Shown here: piece by piece, positions 38,749-49,415 of the stretch | Position numbering within the stretch: position 1 is the stretch's first letter | Layout: every line of letters starts with the position of its first letter | Assembly (NCBI GenBank): GCA_963805305.1 | Contig: CAWDTM010000008.1 | Coordinates: 628,620-692,619, forward strand | Origin: an uncultured Chloroflexia bacterium | GTDB lineage: Bacteria; Chloroflexota; Limnocylindria; QHBO01 | Length of the DNA stretch: 64,000 nucleotides | Reading direction: 5' to 3' | The notes under the pieces: model-generated | What the model was told of the DNA's origin: nothing | Databases searched by the model: none | What the model saw: only the letters and a program-made list of their open reading frames with translations | Program-made: the position numbers and the translations under genes

Positions 38749-39145
38749 GGTGACGCACGAGTACACCGTTCTCACCGGTGGCGTCGTCCTCCCCGGCGGG
38801 GGCGCACCGCCGGCGACGGCCATCGCCTGGGCGGGTGACACGATCCTGGCCATGGGTGCGGACGCCGAGGTCCGCGCGATCTCGCGTGGCGACTCGCACT
38901 TCGTGGACCTCCGCGGTGCGGCGGTCATCCCGCGCGCGCCGGGCGCCGAGCCGGCGTGGCCCACCACCGCGACGCTCGAGGTGGGAGGTCCGGCAGACCT
39001 CGCCGTGCTGAGCAGGGATCCGCGACTGGCGCCGCACGATCCGCCGGAGGAGCTCGCCGTGTTCCGCGCCGGGCGGCTGGCCGCCGGTTCTCTCGCCGGA
39101 GCGGCGCAGGCCCGAACCGCGCCGGCCGAGCGCGACCCGGGCTAG
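38749..39145 (+). pseudogene. amidohydrolase remnant (N- and C-terminal segments only)
   Basis: THEYTVLTGGVVLPGG...DTILAMGADAEV resembles an amidohydrolase N-terminus. EVGGPADLAVLSRDP...ELAVFRAGRL resembles the C-terminus. About 280 aa of the core are missing. Confidence 0.35.
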
Positions 39146-40824
39146 TCCTCCGCCGGGAGAGGAGCGGGCTCGGCCCGCATGGGGCCAGCGGTCACGGGCG
39201 CGCCCTCGCCCATCCGACCTGCCGGCATGATGAGCAGGACGAACAGGGCCGCGGCGAGCGTCGCGACGATCCCGATCCCGAAGGTCGCGGCGGTCGCCAG
39301 GGAGAAGGCCTGGTGGATGGCGGAGACCATGGCGCCGATGAACGGCTGAACCTGGGCACGGGCTGCCTCCGGCACCTGGGCCAGGATGGCGGCGCCCAGG
39401 TCACCCACGCCCTGGATGTTGCCGAGGGTCGCGCTGCCGCCCGACCCGAAGCCGCTGGCCACCTGCTGCGGAACGCCGCTCGCGGCCATCTGGCGCGGAA
39501 CCTCCGTGCTGAACGTGGTGGCGAATGCCGATCCCACGATCGCCAGGCCGACCGTGCCGCCCACCTGCTGGAAGAGCGTCAGGCTCGACGTGGCGGTGCC
39601 CAGCTCGCGCACCGGCACGGCGTTCTGCACCACCAGGGTGAAGACGGCAAAGGCCGGTCCCACGCCCAGGCCGGTCACGAGCATCCAGAGCCAGACCAGC
39701 GGCGCCGGCGAGTCGGGGCGCAGGTTGGTCAGCAGGAAGAGGCCAACCGCGGTGGTGACCAGGGCGGCGACGATGAGCGTCTTGTAACGGCCGGTGCGTG
39801 CCACGAGCTGCCCGGAGGCGATGGCGGCCACGATCAGGCCCAGCAGGAGCGGGAGGATCTGGTAGCCGGCCTCCGTCGCGGATGATCCCTCCACGACCTG
39901 GTACCAGCGAGGCAGGAAGACCACCGCCGCGAAGAAGCCCATGGCGACCAGGAAGAAGGCGACGACGCTGGCGGTGAAGGCACGGATCCGGAAGAGCTCC
40001 AGCGGGAGGATTGGCTCCCTGGCCCGCGACTCGATCCAGACGAACGCCGCCAGGAAGAGTGCGCCAACTGCGATCAGGCCGCCCACGGCCGGATCGGTCC
40101 AGTCGCCCGCCTGCTTGTTCGTGAAGCCGATGAGCACCGGCACCAGGGCCGCGACGAGGAGCGAGGCGCCCAGGTAGTCGATGTGGCGGTCCGCGTCGAC
40201 CTCGTGGTGGGTGGGCAGGGTGCGCCAGATGACGAACAGGCTGATGGCGCCCAGGGGCACGTTGACGTAGAAGACCCAGTGCCAGCCGACCGTGTCGGTG
40301 ATGATCCCGCCAATGGCCGGGCCAATGAGGCTGGAGAGCCCGAAGACCGCACCAAAGAAGCCCTGGTACTTGCCGCGCTCCGAGGGCGCGAAGATGTCAC
40401 CAATGATGGCGAGCGCCACCGGGAAGAGCGCGCCCGCACCCAGGCCCTGGATCCCGCGGAAGGCGATGAACTGCCACATCGACCCGGACAGGCCCGAGAG
40501 GATGGACCCGAACAGGAAGACGGTCACGCCGAAGAGGAAGATCGGTCGCCGACCGTAGATGTCGGAGAGCTTCCCGTACATCGGCCCGCTGATGGTGGCC
40601 GTCAGCAGGTAGCTCGTGAAGGCCCAGGTGTAGACGTCGTTCCCGTGCAGGTCGGTGACGATCCTGGGCAGGGCGGTGCCTACCACGGTCTGGTCCAGCG
40701 CCGCCAGGAAGATGCCCAGCAGCACGGCCACCAGGATCTCCATCCGCGTCCGATGGGGCAGCTCGATGGGGGCTCGGTCGTAGGGCGCGGCGCTGTGCGT
40801 CGCGGCAGGGTTGGTCGCGGTCAT
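39142..40824 (-). CDS. MFS transporter, DHA2 (EmrB/QacA-like) 14-TM drug:H+ antiporter family
   Basis: 560 aa, 14 predicted TM segments, motif A (GKLSDIYGRRP). Sits near the TipA-like regulator. Confidence 0.85.
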   Translation of the reverse strand: MTATNPAATHSAAPYDRAPIELPHRTRMEILVAVLLGIFLAALDQTVVGTALPRIVTDLHGNDVYTWAFTSYLLTATISGPMYGKLSDIYGRRPIFLFGVTVFLFGSILSGLSGSMWQFIAFRGIQGLGAGALFPVALAIIGDIFAPSERGKYQGFFGAVFGLSSLIGPAIGGIITDTVGWHWVFYVNVPLGAISLFVIWRTLPTHHEVDADRHIDYLGASLLVAALVPVLIGFTNKQAGDWTDPAVGGLIAVGALFLAAFVWIESRAREPILPLELFRIRAFTASVVAFFLVAMGFFAAVVFLPRWYQVVEGSSATEAGYQILPLLLGLIVAAIASGQLVARTGRYKTLIVAALVTTAVGLFLLTNLRPDSPAPLVWLWMLVTGLGVGPAFAVFTLVVQNAVPVRELGTATSSLTLFQQVGGTVGLAIVGSAFATTFSTEVPRQMAASGVPQQVASGFGSGGSATLGNIQGVGDLGAAILAQVPEAARAQVQPFIGAMVSAIHQAFSLATAATFGIGIVATLAAALFVLLIMPAGRMGEGAPVTAGPMRAEPAPLPAED

Positions 40825-41037
40825 GGAATCTGCTCGGTCCTTGTTCGGGTTGGGCGGCGCAGCGTCGCGGCTGCTGCCAACGAGTGCGCGCGGAAGTCTA
40901 CCGCGGATTCGTCAAGAGGTCGTTCCCCTGATCCTGCAGTGCGTTCCTGCCACCTGCTGGCGCGAATCGTCCGTCCCGGCGGCCCGGATCCTCCGCATGG
41001 TTAGCCACACGAGCCTTACGACGCCCGGCGCGGTCTC

Positions 41038-41064
41038 CAATGGTCATTTGGTTACCGATTCGAG
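41038..41064 (+). repeat. dispersed intergenic repeat copy (aatGGTCATTTGGTTACCGATTCGAGC)
   Basis: Near-identical to 61816-61836 (cGGTCGTATGGGTAATCGAGC) and 55787-55808. Confidence 0.5.
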
Positions 41065-41291
41065 CCGGGTGACCCTCGAACCGCCAGCCAGGGCCGCCCA
41101 GAGCTCCGCCGGCGGTCACAGGGTTCGCCACGCTAACCGCGCGCGGGTCCCCCACCCGGCGGTGGGCGCGAATCCATCGACGGGACGAGCGGGATCGCGC
41201 AGAATGTGCCGCACGTTCGCCGCCGGCGGACGGCAGCAGTCCGAGGGGACCCCGCGTTGGCGCTGACCAGCACCGCCCCGGATCCGAACCC

Positions 41292-44200
41292 ATGACGAAA
41301 CCTTCCCCGTCCGCCGAGCTGGCTGCAGCACGGAAACGGATCGCGGAGCTCGAGGCGCGCGAGGCCGCGCACGAGCGCGCCGCCCAGGTGCAGGCGGCGT
41401 TGTATCGCATCGCCGAAACCGCCGCATCGGCTCAGGACCTGCCGACCTTCTACGCCACCGTGCACGAGATCGTGGGCGGCCTCATGTACGCGGACAACTT
41501 CTACATCGCGCTCTACGACGCCGAGCGCGAGCGCATGAACTACCCGTACTTCGTCGACACGTACGACTCGGACGTGCCCGATCCCAACGCGTGGGAGCCG
41601 TTCGGCGTGGGGCAGGCCCGGGGTGTCACCGCCTACGCCCTGCGCAGGGACCAGCCATTGCTCATCGATCCGGCCGAGTATCAGCGCCTCCTGGAGGCCG
41701 GCGAGATCGAGACCCTGGGCGTCGTCAAAGACGAGAGCCAATGGTTGGGCGTGCCACTGCGCGCCGAGGGGAGGACTCTGGGTCTGCTGGTGGTCCAGAG
41801 CTACTCCGCCGACCACCGCTACACCGATGCGGACAAGGACCTGCTGGTGTTCGTTGCCCAGCACGTCGCCTCCGCGCTGACGCGCGCCCGGGCCCTCAAG
41901 GAGACGCGCGAGCGGAACGCCGAGCTGGCGATCGTGAACGAGGTCGGCCTGGCGCTGGCGAAGCAGCTGGATTTCAGCGCCGTGATCAACCTTGTCGGCG
42001 ACCGGATCCGCGAGATCTTCGCGGTCGACACGGGGAACATCGGCCTCTACGACGAGGCAGCTTCCACGATCCAGCTCCCCTACTCCATGGACCAGGGCCG
42101 GCGGCTGGAGATGATCTCGCGACCGTTCGGGACCGGGCTGATGTCGGAGGTGATCAGCACCCGGGCGCCACTGCGTCTCAACACGAACGCCGAGGCGGAG
42201 GCGCATGGAGCCTTCATCTACGGATCCGACGAAGCGGAGTCCTGGCTCGGCGTCCCCATCCTTGCCGGTGATCGCGTTCTGGGCGCCATCGGCCTGGAGC
42301 GAGCCGCCCAGCACGCCTTCAGCGAGTCCGACGAGCGCCTGCTCTCCACGCTCGCCGCCAGCATGGGCGTCGCGCTCGAGAACGCGCGCCTCTTCGACGA
42401 GACCAAGCGGCTCCTGGCCGAGACCGAGCAGCGCAACGCCGAGCTGGCGGTCATCAACGAGATCGGTGCAGCGCTGGCGAAGCAGCTGGATTTCGATGCG
42501 ATCACCGAGCTCGTCGGAGAGCGGGTGCGGGCCATCTTCTCCGCGTCGTCCGTGTTCGTGGCCCTCTACGACGAGGCGTCCGGCGTCATCCGCTTCCCGT
42601 ACGAGATCGGCGAGGGCCAGCGGATGCACACCGAGCCCATGCCGCTCAACGAGGGTCTGACCTCGCAGGTCATCCGCTCCCGGACGTCGTTGCGGCTGGG
42701 GTCCACCGCGGAGTCGAGCGCCGCGGGAGGCATCAGCGTGGGAGATGCCTTCACGGAGTCGTGGGTCGGGGTGCCGATCCTCAGCGCCGGCCGCGTCATT
42801 GGCGTGATTGGCCTCGAAAGCCCGCAGGTCAACGCCTACACGGAGGCCGACGAGCGGCTGCTCGCAACGCTCGCCTCGAGCATGGGCGTGGCCCTGGAGA
42901 ACGCGCGTCTGTTCGGTGAGACGAAGCGCCTCCTGGCCGAGACCGATGCGCGCGCCAACGAGCTCGCGGTCATCAACGAGATCGGTGCGGCCCTGGCGCG
43001 GCAGCTCGATTTCAACGCCATCATCGAGCTCGTCGGCGACCGCGTCTCTCAGATACTCCGCTCCAGGGACGTGTCCATCGCCATCCACGACCCGGCGACA
43101 GACCTCATCAGCTTCCCGTACCAGACGGAGGACGGCAAGCACTTCGTCGATGAACCGATTCCCCTGGGGGCTGGGATCACCTCGCGGATCATCCAGACCA
43201 GGGAACCCCTCCGGATTGGTACGGCAGCCGAGGCCGATCTCCTGGGTGCTCACTGGACGGGGAACACCGCCGAGCGCAAGGACTCGTATCTCGGCGTTCC
43301 CATCCCCGCCAGCGACCGCGTGCTGGGAGTCGTCTCGGTGGTTGCCAGCGCCCCGAACGCCTTCTCGGATGCCGACGAACGCCTGATCTCGACCCTCGCC
43401 ACCTCGATGGGCGTTGCGCTGGAGAACGCGCGCTTGTTCGGCGAGACGAAGCGCCTCCTCGCGGAGACGGACGAGCGTGCGGCCGAGCTGGCCATCATCA
43501 ACAGCGTCCAGCAGGGCCTCGCGGCAAACCTGGACATGCAGGCCATGTACGACCTGGTGGGTGACAAGATCCAGGAGATCTTCGATGCGCAGGTGGTCGA
43601 CATCGGCATCCTCGACAGGGACGCCAACGCGATCCAGTTCACGTACACCATCGAGCGTGGGGTGCGCTTCCCGAACGAGACCATGGCCGTCATCGGGCCC
43701 CGCCGCCACGTCCTTGAGACCCGCGAGCCACTCGTCTTCAACGAGGACCTGCTGAACCAGGTCCGGCAGTACGGGCAGGAGGGCGTGGTGTCCGGCGAGC
43801 TGCCGCAGTCGGCGGTCTACGCGCCGCTCATCAGCGGCGGCGAGGCGCGCGGCGTCATCAGCCTCCAGAACCTCGACCGCGAGCACGCGTTCTCGGATGC
43901 CGACGTCCGGCTCCTGATGACCCTTGCCAGCAGCCTGGCGGTCGCGCTCGACAATGCGCGGCTCTTCGGTGAGACGAGGCGCCTTCTGGGCGAGACGGAC
44001 GAGCGTGCCGCCGAGCTGGCGATCATGAACAGCGTCCAGCAAGGCCTTGCCCAGAACCTGGACATGCAGGCGATGTACGAGCTCGTCGGGGACAAGATCC
44101 AGGAGATCTTCGACTCCCAGGTGGTCGACATCGGCATCTTCGACCTCGAGGCAGGGGTGGTCCGCTATCCATACACCATCGAGCGCGGCGTCCGGTTCCC

Positions 44201-47200
44201 GGACCTGCCCACCCCGCTGGCCATGGCCGACCTGTCGCGCGAGATGCTCGCGACCGGCAGCGCCATCCTGATCAACGACGTCCCGGCCTGGGAGGCCGAG
44301 CGCGAACGTTCGGGCGTTGTCCAGGGAGAGCCGCCCCTCTCGGTCCTTATGGTCCCCATCACCTCTGCCGGCACCATCACCGGGCGGATCTCCCTCCAGA
44401 ACCTCGACCGCAGGAATGCCTTCAGCCAGGCCGATCTCCGGCTTCTCTCGACCCTGGCCGCCAGCCTGTCCGTGGCGCTCGACAACGCCCGGCTCTTCGA
44501 CGAGACGAACCGGCGCGCGGCCGAGCTCGCCATCGTCAACGACCTGCAGCGTGCGCTCGCATCGCAGGTCGACGTGCAGGCCATGTACGAGCTGGTGGGC
44601 GAGCGGGCGAACGACGTCTTCGACACGCACGTCGTGGACATCGCCGTCTTCGACCAGGCCGCTGGGACGATGCGGTTCCCCTTCAGCGTCGAACGCGGCA
44701 GCCGGTTCCCGGACGAAGTGCGGCCCATCATGGGCTTCCGCAAGCACGTCCTCGAGAGCCGCATGCCCCTGCTCATCAGCGAGAAGCTGCGCGAGATCGG
44801 CGCCCAGTACGGGCAGGGAGCGCAGATCAAGGGAGAACCGGCGAAGTCGGCCCTCTTCGTGCCGCTCCTCGTTGGCGAGGAGGTGGCCGGCGTCATCAGC
44901 CTCCAGAACCTCGACCGGGAGCATGCATTCACGGACCGCGACCTCTCCCTGCTGACGACCCTGGCCGCCAGCCTCTCCGTGGCGCTGCGGACCGGGCGCC
45001 TGATCGACGAGACCCGCGCGCGCGTGGCGGAGCTGGCGACCATCAACTCGGTGGGCGAGGCGCTGACCGCGCAGGTCGAGATCGCTCCCCTGCTCGAGGT
45101 GGTTGGCGACAAGCTGCGCGACGCCTTCGGGGCCGATATCGCCTTCATCGCGCTGCTGGACGAGGCGGCGGGCCTCATCCGCTTCCCGTACTACGTCGAA
45201 GCCGGAGCCCGGGAGCCGCAGGAGCCCATGGCCCTTGGCGAAGGCCTCAGCTCGCAGATCATCACCACCCGTGAGCCAATCCTCGCCAACCGCGCAGCGG
45301 AGCTCGAGCACGCCCCGCTGGTCGGCACCCGTCCGCGCTCGTTCCTGGGCGTGCCCATCGTGGTCGGCGAGCGCGCCATCGGCGTCATCAGCGTCCAGAG
45401 CACCACCCAGGAGGGTCGCTTCCAGGAGTCCGATGCCCGCCTGCTGTCGACCATTGCCGCGAACGTGGGGGTCGCCGTCCAGAACGCCCGGCTGTATGAC
45501 GAGACCCGGCAGCGCGCGGACCAGATGGCGGCCCTGGCCGACGTGAGCCGCGAGATCTCCGCCACGCTGGAGCGTTCCGCGGTGCTGCACATGATCGCGG
45601 AGCGCGCGAAGACGCTGCTGCGGGGCGACTCCAGCGTCGTGTACCTGCGCACCGACGACCCCGACGTCTTCCGCGCGGAGGTCGCCATTGGACAGCTGGC
45701 GGATGCCGTCCAGGGATTCCCGCTCCTGCGCGGGACGGGGATCATGGGCGCCATCATCGAGTCCGGCCGCGCCGAGGTCGTGAACGACGCCCGCAACGAC
45801 CCGCGCGCCCAGACCATCCCCGGCACGGAGGACGACGAGGAGGACCGCCTCATGGCGGCACCGCTCATCGTCCGCGGCGAGGTGAGCGGCATGCTCGCGG
45901 TCTGGCGGTCCGTTGGCGTCGAGGACTTCAGCGAGCTGGACCTCAGCTTCCTGGTGGGCCTCTCGCAGCAGGCCGCCATCGCGGTGCAGAACGCCGCGCT
46001 CTTCGAGGACACCCTCGAGGCCCGCCAGGCCGCCGAGCAGGCGAACGAGGCCAAGAGCTCGTTCCTGGCGGCCATGAGCCACGAGATCCGGACCCCGTTG
46101 AACGCGGTGATCGGGATGAGCGGACTGCTCGTCGACACGCCGCTCAACGAGGAGCAGCACGACTACGCGGAGACCATCCGCACCTCCGGAGACGCGCTGC
46201 TGACCATCATCAACGACGTCCTGGACTTCTCGAAGATCGAGGCGGGCCGCGTGGAGCTCGAGGCGCGACCGTACGTTCTCCGCGAGGCCGTCGAGGCGTC
46301 GCTCGACATCCTGGCGCCCACGGCGGCCAAGAAGGGCCTGGAGCTGGTCTACGCCATCGACGAGGACCTGCCAACGGTCCTCGTCGGCGACGCCGGCCGC
46401 CTGCGCCAGGTGGTCCTGAACCTGCTCTCGAACGCGGTGAAGTTCACCGAGCGCGGGGAGGTGCTCGTCACCGTGGCCGGGGCGGAGGTGCGCGCCGCGA
46501 CCGGTCGTGCCGCGGCGACCTGGGAGATCCGGGTCGACGTGCGGGACACCGGCATCGGGATCCCCGCCGCCGCCATGGATCGGCTCTTCCAGTCCTTCAG
46601 CCAGGTGGACGCCTCCATTGCACGCCGGTACGGCGGCACCGGACTGGGCCTGGCCATCAGCCGCCGCCTGGCCGAGCTGATGGACGGCTCCCTGACCGCG
46701 GAGAGCAGCGGCAAGGCCGGGGAGGGCAGCACCTTCCACCTGGTGATCCGCAACCCGGTCGGCAGGGCGGACGCCGTGGCCTCCACCCGCGCACCGCGCA
46801 TCGAGGCGGACCTCGGCGGCAAGACGGTCCTGATCGTGGACGACAATGCCACGAATCGCCGCATCCTCGTCGCCCAGACCGCTCGGTGGGGCATGGTCCC
46901 GCGGGAGACGGGCTCCCCCACCGAAGCGCTGGCCTGGCTTGCCGGCGGGGAGCGGTTCGAGGTCATCCTCTCCGACCTGATCATGCCGGAGATGGACGGC
47001 CTGGAGCTCGCCGCGCAGGTTCGCGCGTCGAACGGCAAAGGCGTCCCGCCACCGGTCGTGATCCTCTCCTCCATAGGGCTCCGGGAGCGCGACGACGGGA
47101 GCGTCGCCGGCTGGCTCGCCAAGCCGGTCAAGCCCTCCGCCCTGCATGACACCATCGCAACCATCCTGCTCGGCGGGGTTGCCACCCAGGCGGCTGCGGT

Positions 47201-47684
47201 CGCCACCAGCGGGGCCGACGCCGACACCGTCCTCGGGGAGCGGCACCCGCTGCGCATCCTCCTCGCGGAGGACAACGCGGTGAACCAGAAGCTTGCCCTC
47301 CGGCTCCTGGCCCAGCTCGGCTACGCAGCCCCGGTGGCAGGGGACGGGCTGCAGGCCATTTCGGCGCTCGAAGGCGGCGACTTCGACGTTGTCCTCATGG
47401 ACGTCCAGATGCCGGAGCTCGATGGGCTGGAGGCGACCCGCCGCATCCGCGCCCGCTGGCCGGACCGTCCGCTGCGGATCGTGGCCATGACCGCCAACGC
47501 CATGGCCGGCGACCGCGAGGCGTGCCTCGCGGCGGGCATGGACGACTACATCAGCAAGCCCATTCGCGTCGCGGAGCTCACCGCGGCGCTCGAGCGGGTG
47601 CCGGGCACCGGTCCGACGATTGGCCGGCATCGGACCCGCAAGCAGTCCTCCAGGACCAACGGCAAGAGGAACGCACGTGCCTGA
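41292..47684 (+). CDS. multi-GAF (about 9-10 domains) hybrid sensor histidine kinase with two receiver domains
   Basis: Repeating units: GAF domains separated by conserved coiled-coil linkers (ENARLF(D/G)ETKRLLAET(D/E)...AELA(V/I)IN). Then HisKA ([20 protein letters not shown]), HATPase_c ([13 protein letters not shown]) and two REC domains ([13 protein letters not shown]; [13 protein letters not shown]). 2130 aa. Confidence 0.85.
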   Translation: MTKPSPSAELAAARKRIAELEAREAAHERAAQVQAALYRIAETAASAQDLPTFYATVHEIVGGLMYADNFYIALYDAERERMNYPYFVDTYDSDVPDPNAWEPFGVGQARGVTAYALRRDQPLLIDPAEYQRLLEAGEIETLGVVKDESQWLGVPLRAEGRTLGLLVVQSYSADHRYTDADKDLLVFVAQHVASALTRARALKETRERNAELAIVNEVGLALAKQLDFSAVINLVGDRIREIFAVDTGNIGLYDEAASTIQLPYSMDQGRRLEMISRPFGTGLMSEVISTRAPLRLNTNAEAEAHGAFIYGSDEAESWLGVPILAGDRVLGAIGLERAAQHAFSESDERLLSTLAASMGVALENARLFDETKRLLAETEQRNAELAVINEIGAALAKQLDFDAITELVGERVRAIFSASSVFVALYDEASGVIRFPYEIGEGQRMHTEPMPLNEGLTSQVIRSRTSLRLGSTAESSAAGGISVGDAFTESWVGVPILSAGRVIGVIGLESPQVNAYTEADERLLATLASSMGVALENARLFGETKRLLAETDARANELAVINEIGAALARQLDFNAIIELVGDRVSQILRSRDVSIAIHDPATDLISFPYQTEDGKHFVDEPIPLGAGITSRIIQTREPLRIGTAAEADLLGAHWTGNTAERKDSYLGVPIPASDRVLGVVSVVASAPNAFSDADERLISTLATSMGVALENARLFGETKRLLAETDERAAELAIINSVQQGLAANLDMQAMYDLVGDKIQEIFDAQVVDIGILDRDANAIQFTYTIERGVRFPNETMAVIGPRRHVLETREPLVFNEDLLNQVRQYGQEGVVSGELPQSAVYAPLISGGEARGVISLQNLDREHAFSDADVRLLMTLASSLAVALDNARLFGETRRLLGETDERAAELAIMNSVQQGLAQNLDMQAMYELVGDKIQEIFDSQVVDIGIFDLEAGVVRYPYTIERGVRFPDLPTPLAMADLSREMLATGSAILINDVPAWEAERERSGVVQGEPPLSVLMVPITSAGTITGRISLQNLDRRNAFSQADLRLLSTLAASLSVALDNARLFDETNRRAAELAIVNDLQRALASQVDVQAMYELVGERANDVFDTHVVDIAVFDQAAGTMRFPFSVERGSRFPDEVRPIMGFRKHVLESRMPLLISEKLREIGAQYGQGAQIKGEPAKSALFVPLLVGEEVAGVISLQNLDREHAFTDRDLSLLTTLAASLSVALRTGRLIDETRARVAELATINSVGEALTAQVEIAPLLEVVGDKLRDAFGADIAFIALLDEAAGLIRFPYYVEAGAREPQEPMALGEGLSSQIITTREPILANRAAELEHAPLVGTRPRSFLGVPIVVGERAIGVISVQSTTQEGRFQESDARLLSTIAANVGVAVQNARLYDETRQRADQMAALADVSREISATLERSAVLHMIAERAKTLLRGDSSVVYLRTDDPDVFRAEVAIGQLADAVQGFPLLRGTGIMGAIIESGRAEVVNDARNDPRAQTIPGTEDDEEDRLMAAPLIVRGEVSGMLAVWRSVGVEDFSELDLSFLVGLSQQAAIAVQNAALFEDTLEARQAAEQANEAKSSFLAAMSHEIRTPLNAVIGMSGLLVDTPLNEEQHDYAETIRTSGDALLTIINDVLDFSKIEAGRVELEARPYVLREAVEASLDILAPTAAKKGLELVYAIDEDLPTVLVGDAGRLRQVVLNLLSNAVKFTERGEVLVTVAGAEVRAATGRAAATWEIRVDVRDTGIGIPAAAMDRLFQSFSQVDASIARRYGGTGLGLAISRRLAELMDGSLTAESSGKAGEGSTFHLVIRNPVGRADAVASTRAPRIEADLGGKTVLIVDDNATNRRILVAQTARWGMVPRETGSPTEALAWLAGGERFEVILSDLIMPEMDGLELAAQVRASNGKGVPPPVVILSSIGLRERDDGSVAGWLAKPVKPSALHDTIATILLGGVATQAAAVATSGADADTVLGERHPLRILLAEDNAVNQKLALRLLAQLGYAAPVAGDGLQAISALEGGDFDVVLMDVQMPELDGLEATRRIRARWPDRPLRIVAMTANAMAGDREACLAAGMDDYISKPIRVAELTAALERVPGTGPTIGRHRTRKQSSRTNGKRNARA
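41886..45560 (+). repeat. intragenic diverged tandem repeat array (~525-bp period, about 8 units) encoding linker+GAF modules
   Basis: Linker-coding blocks recur at ~41886, 42381, 42900, 43425, 43950, 44475, 44990 and 45480. Adjacent units share up to ~85% nucleotide identity by eye. Confidence 0.55.
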
Positions 47685-48048
47685 CCAAACACCGGTGCTC
47701 GACGAGTCCGTCCTGGCCGAGCTGCAGACCTCGACGGGAGACGACGCGGCCTTCGTCCGCGAGCTGATCGACACCTTCCTGGCCGATGTCTCGGTCCAGC
47801 TGGACGGCATCGCCGCAGCAGTGCAGGCCAATGATCCCGCTGCCCTCGTCCGGCCGGCGCACACCCTCAAGTCCGGGAGCGCCACCGTGGGTGCCATGCG
47901 GCTGGCCGCGGTTGCGCGCGAGCTGGAGTTTGCGGGCAGATCCGGTGCCCTGGACGCCGGCGCGCAGCGCGGCCTGGAGACCGCCCGAGCAGAAGCCGAT
48001 GCGGCACGCCAGGCCATGGCGGCCTGGCTGGACCGGGAGGTCGGCTGA
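47677..48048 (+). CDS. Hpt (histidine phosphotransfer) domain protein
   Basis: [13 protein letters not shown] (Hpt HxxKG motif). GTG start overlaps the kinase stop. Its stop overlaps the next gene's ATG. Confidence 0.7.
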   Translation: MPDQTPVLDESVLAELQTSTGDDAAFVRELIDTFLADVSVQLDGIAAAVQANDPAALVRPAHTLKSGSATVGAMRLAAVARELEFAGRSGALDAGAQRGLETARAEADAARQAMAAWLDREVG

Positions 48049-49133
48049 TGGCCAGCGGTATCGCCCTGGTCGTCGACGACTCCCCGGTCAACCGGCTGGT
48101 CCTCACCAAGCGCCTCGAGGCGCTGAACCTGGAGGTGCTCCAGGCCGAGAATGGCATGCAGGCCCTGGAGCTGCTGGGCGCCAGGCCCGGCGTGGTGGAC
48201 GTGGTCCTGCTCGACGTGGTGATGCCCGAGCTCGACGGATACGAGACGCTCGCCGCCATGAAGGGCGACCCTGCCACGCAGCACATCCCGGTGCTGGTGG
48301 TCTCCAGCGTCGAGGAGCTGGACTCGGTGGTGCGCTGCATCGAGCTGGGTGCGACCGATTACCTTCCCAAGCCCATCGACCCGCCCATCCTCGCGGCACG
48401 CATCAACGCCTCCCTGGCCGCCAAGCGCCTGCACGACGTGCAGCAGGAATCGCTCGAGCGCGAACGGGCGCTGAACAGGACCATCGAGCGGCAGAAGGAG
48501 GAGCTGAGCCGATTCCTCTCCCCCCAGATCGCGGCGCTCGTCTCCTCGGCCGAGGGCGAGCAGCTGCTGGCAGGGCATCGGCGGGAGATCACGGTGGTCT
48601 TCTGCGACCTGCGCGGCTTCACAACGTTTGCGGAGCAGGCGGACCCCGAGGCGTTGTTCGCCCTCCTCGGGGAGTACCACGGCATGCTGGGGCAGGCGAT
48701 CATCGAGCACGGCGGCACGCTCGAGCACTTCGCCGGCGACGGCGTGATGGTCTTCTTCAACGACCCCATCGCCCAGGAGGACCATGTCGAGCGCGCGGTC
48801 CGCATGGCGGTGACCATGCGCGAACGCTTCGCGGAGCTCGGGGCGCTCTGGCACAAGCGCGGCTACGAGCTGGGGCTGGGTGTGGGGATCGCGGTGGGAT
48901 ACGCCACGCTGGGAAGGATCGGATTCGAGGGGCGGCACGACTACGGCGCCATCGGCAACGTCACGATCCTCGCGTCGCGTCTGTGCAGCCAGGCCCAGGC
49001 GGGGCAGATCCTGCTCAGCCCGCGGGCGCAGACCATCATCGAGGAGCTCGTTGAGTCCGAGTCCGTTGGCGAGCTGACCCTGAAGGGGCTGACCCGGCCG
49101 GTCCTGGCCAGCAACGTGGTTGCCCTGCGCTGA
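48048..49133 (+). CDS. response-regulator receiver fused to class III nucleotidyl cyclase
   Basis: REC (IALVVDDSPVNRLVLTKRL...DVVLLDVVMPELDGYETL...KPID) then a cyclase domain (TVVFCDLRGFT...LEHFAGDGVMVFFNDP...GVGIAVGYATLGRIG). Confidence 0.8.
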   Translation: MASGIALVVDDSPVNRLVLTKRLEALNLEVLQAENGMQALELLGARPGVVDVVLLDVVMPELDGYETLAAMKGDPATQHIPVLVVSSVEELDSVVRCIELGATDYLPKPIDPPILAARINASLAAKRLHDVQQESLERERALNRTIERQKEELSRFLSPQIAALVSSAEGEQLLAGHRREITVVFCDLRGFTTFAEQADPEALFALLGEYHGMLGQAIIEHGGTLEHFAGDGVMVFFNDPIAQEDHVERAVRMAVTMRERFAELGALWHKRGYELGLGVGIAVGYATLGRIGFEGRHDYGAIGNVTILASRLCSQAQAGQILLSPRAQTIIEELVESESVGELTLKGLTRPVLASNVVALR

Positions 49134-49174
49134 GGCGCCGCGGCGGCACGGTGGGGCGCGAGCCTGCGCCGGCC

Positions 49175-49185
49175 GGGTGGTAACC
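49175..49185 (+). repeat. dispersed repeat core (GGGTGGTAACC)
   Basis: Lies in the 282-nt intergenic region upstream of XRE paralogue 2 that holds three motif copies. Confidence 0.35.
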
Positions 49186-49230
49186 CCATTGCCGGTGTGA
49201 CCGCCCGGCCACGAGCGGTCGGCGCCGGAC

Positions 49231-49247
49231 GGTTGGCCGGGTAATCC
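49231..49247 (+). repeat. dispersed repeat copy (GGTTGGCCGGGTAATCC)
   Basis: Same intergenic region. Confidence 0.4.
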
Positions 49248-49311
49248 AGCAGACCGCGCAGCCGGTGGGCCTGTCCCTGGGCGGAGACCAGCTCCCGAAC
49301 GGCGTCTTCGG

Positions 49312-49330
49312 CGGTCGTTCGGGCAATGCC
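49312..49330 (+). repeat. dispersed repeat copy (CGGTCGTTCGGGCAATGCC)
   Basis: Same intergenic region. Reads in-frame as GGRSGNAMTGRAWAARGRVVTPR. Confidence 0.45.
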
Positions 49331-49415
49331 ATGACCGGCCGGGCGTGGGCGGCGCGGGGGCGGGTGGTAACGCCGCGATAAGCGTGCGGTGGGCGTCCCG
49401 CGGCAATGATCTGGC

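Noticed and set aside
41133-49406. 2757-aa ORF on the minus strand, antisense to the GAF kinase/Hpt/REC-cyclase genes. Other long antisense ORFs of the same kind: 2725..4506 (+), 855..1886 (+), 4606..5817 (+), 18386..19489 (-), 35595..36848 (-), 51052..53322 (-), 54279..56012 (+).
   Set aside because: Stop-codon-poor reverse frames are expected at ~70% GC. The sense-strand proteins have clear family signatures and the antisense translations are low-complexity Arg/Gly/Pro-rich.
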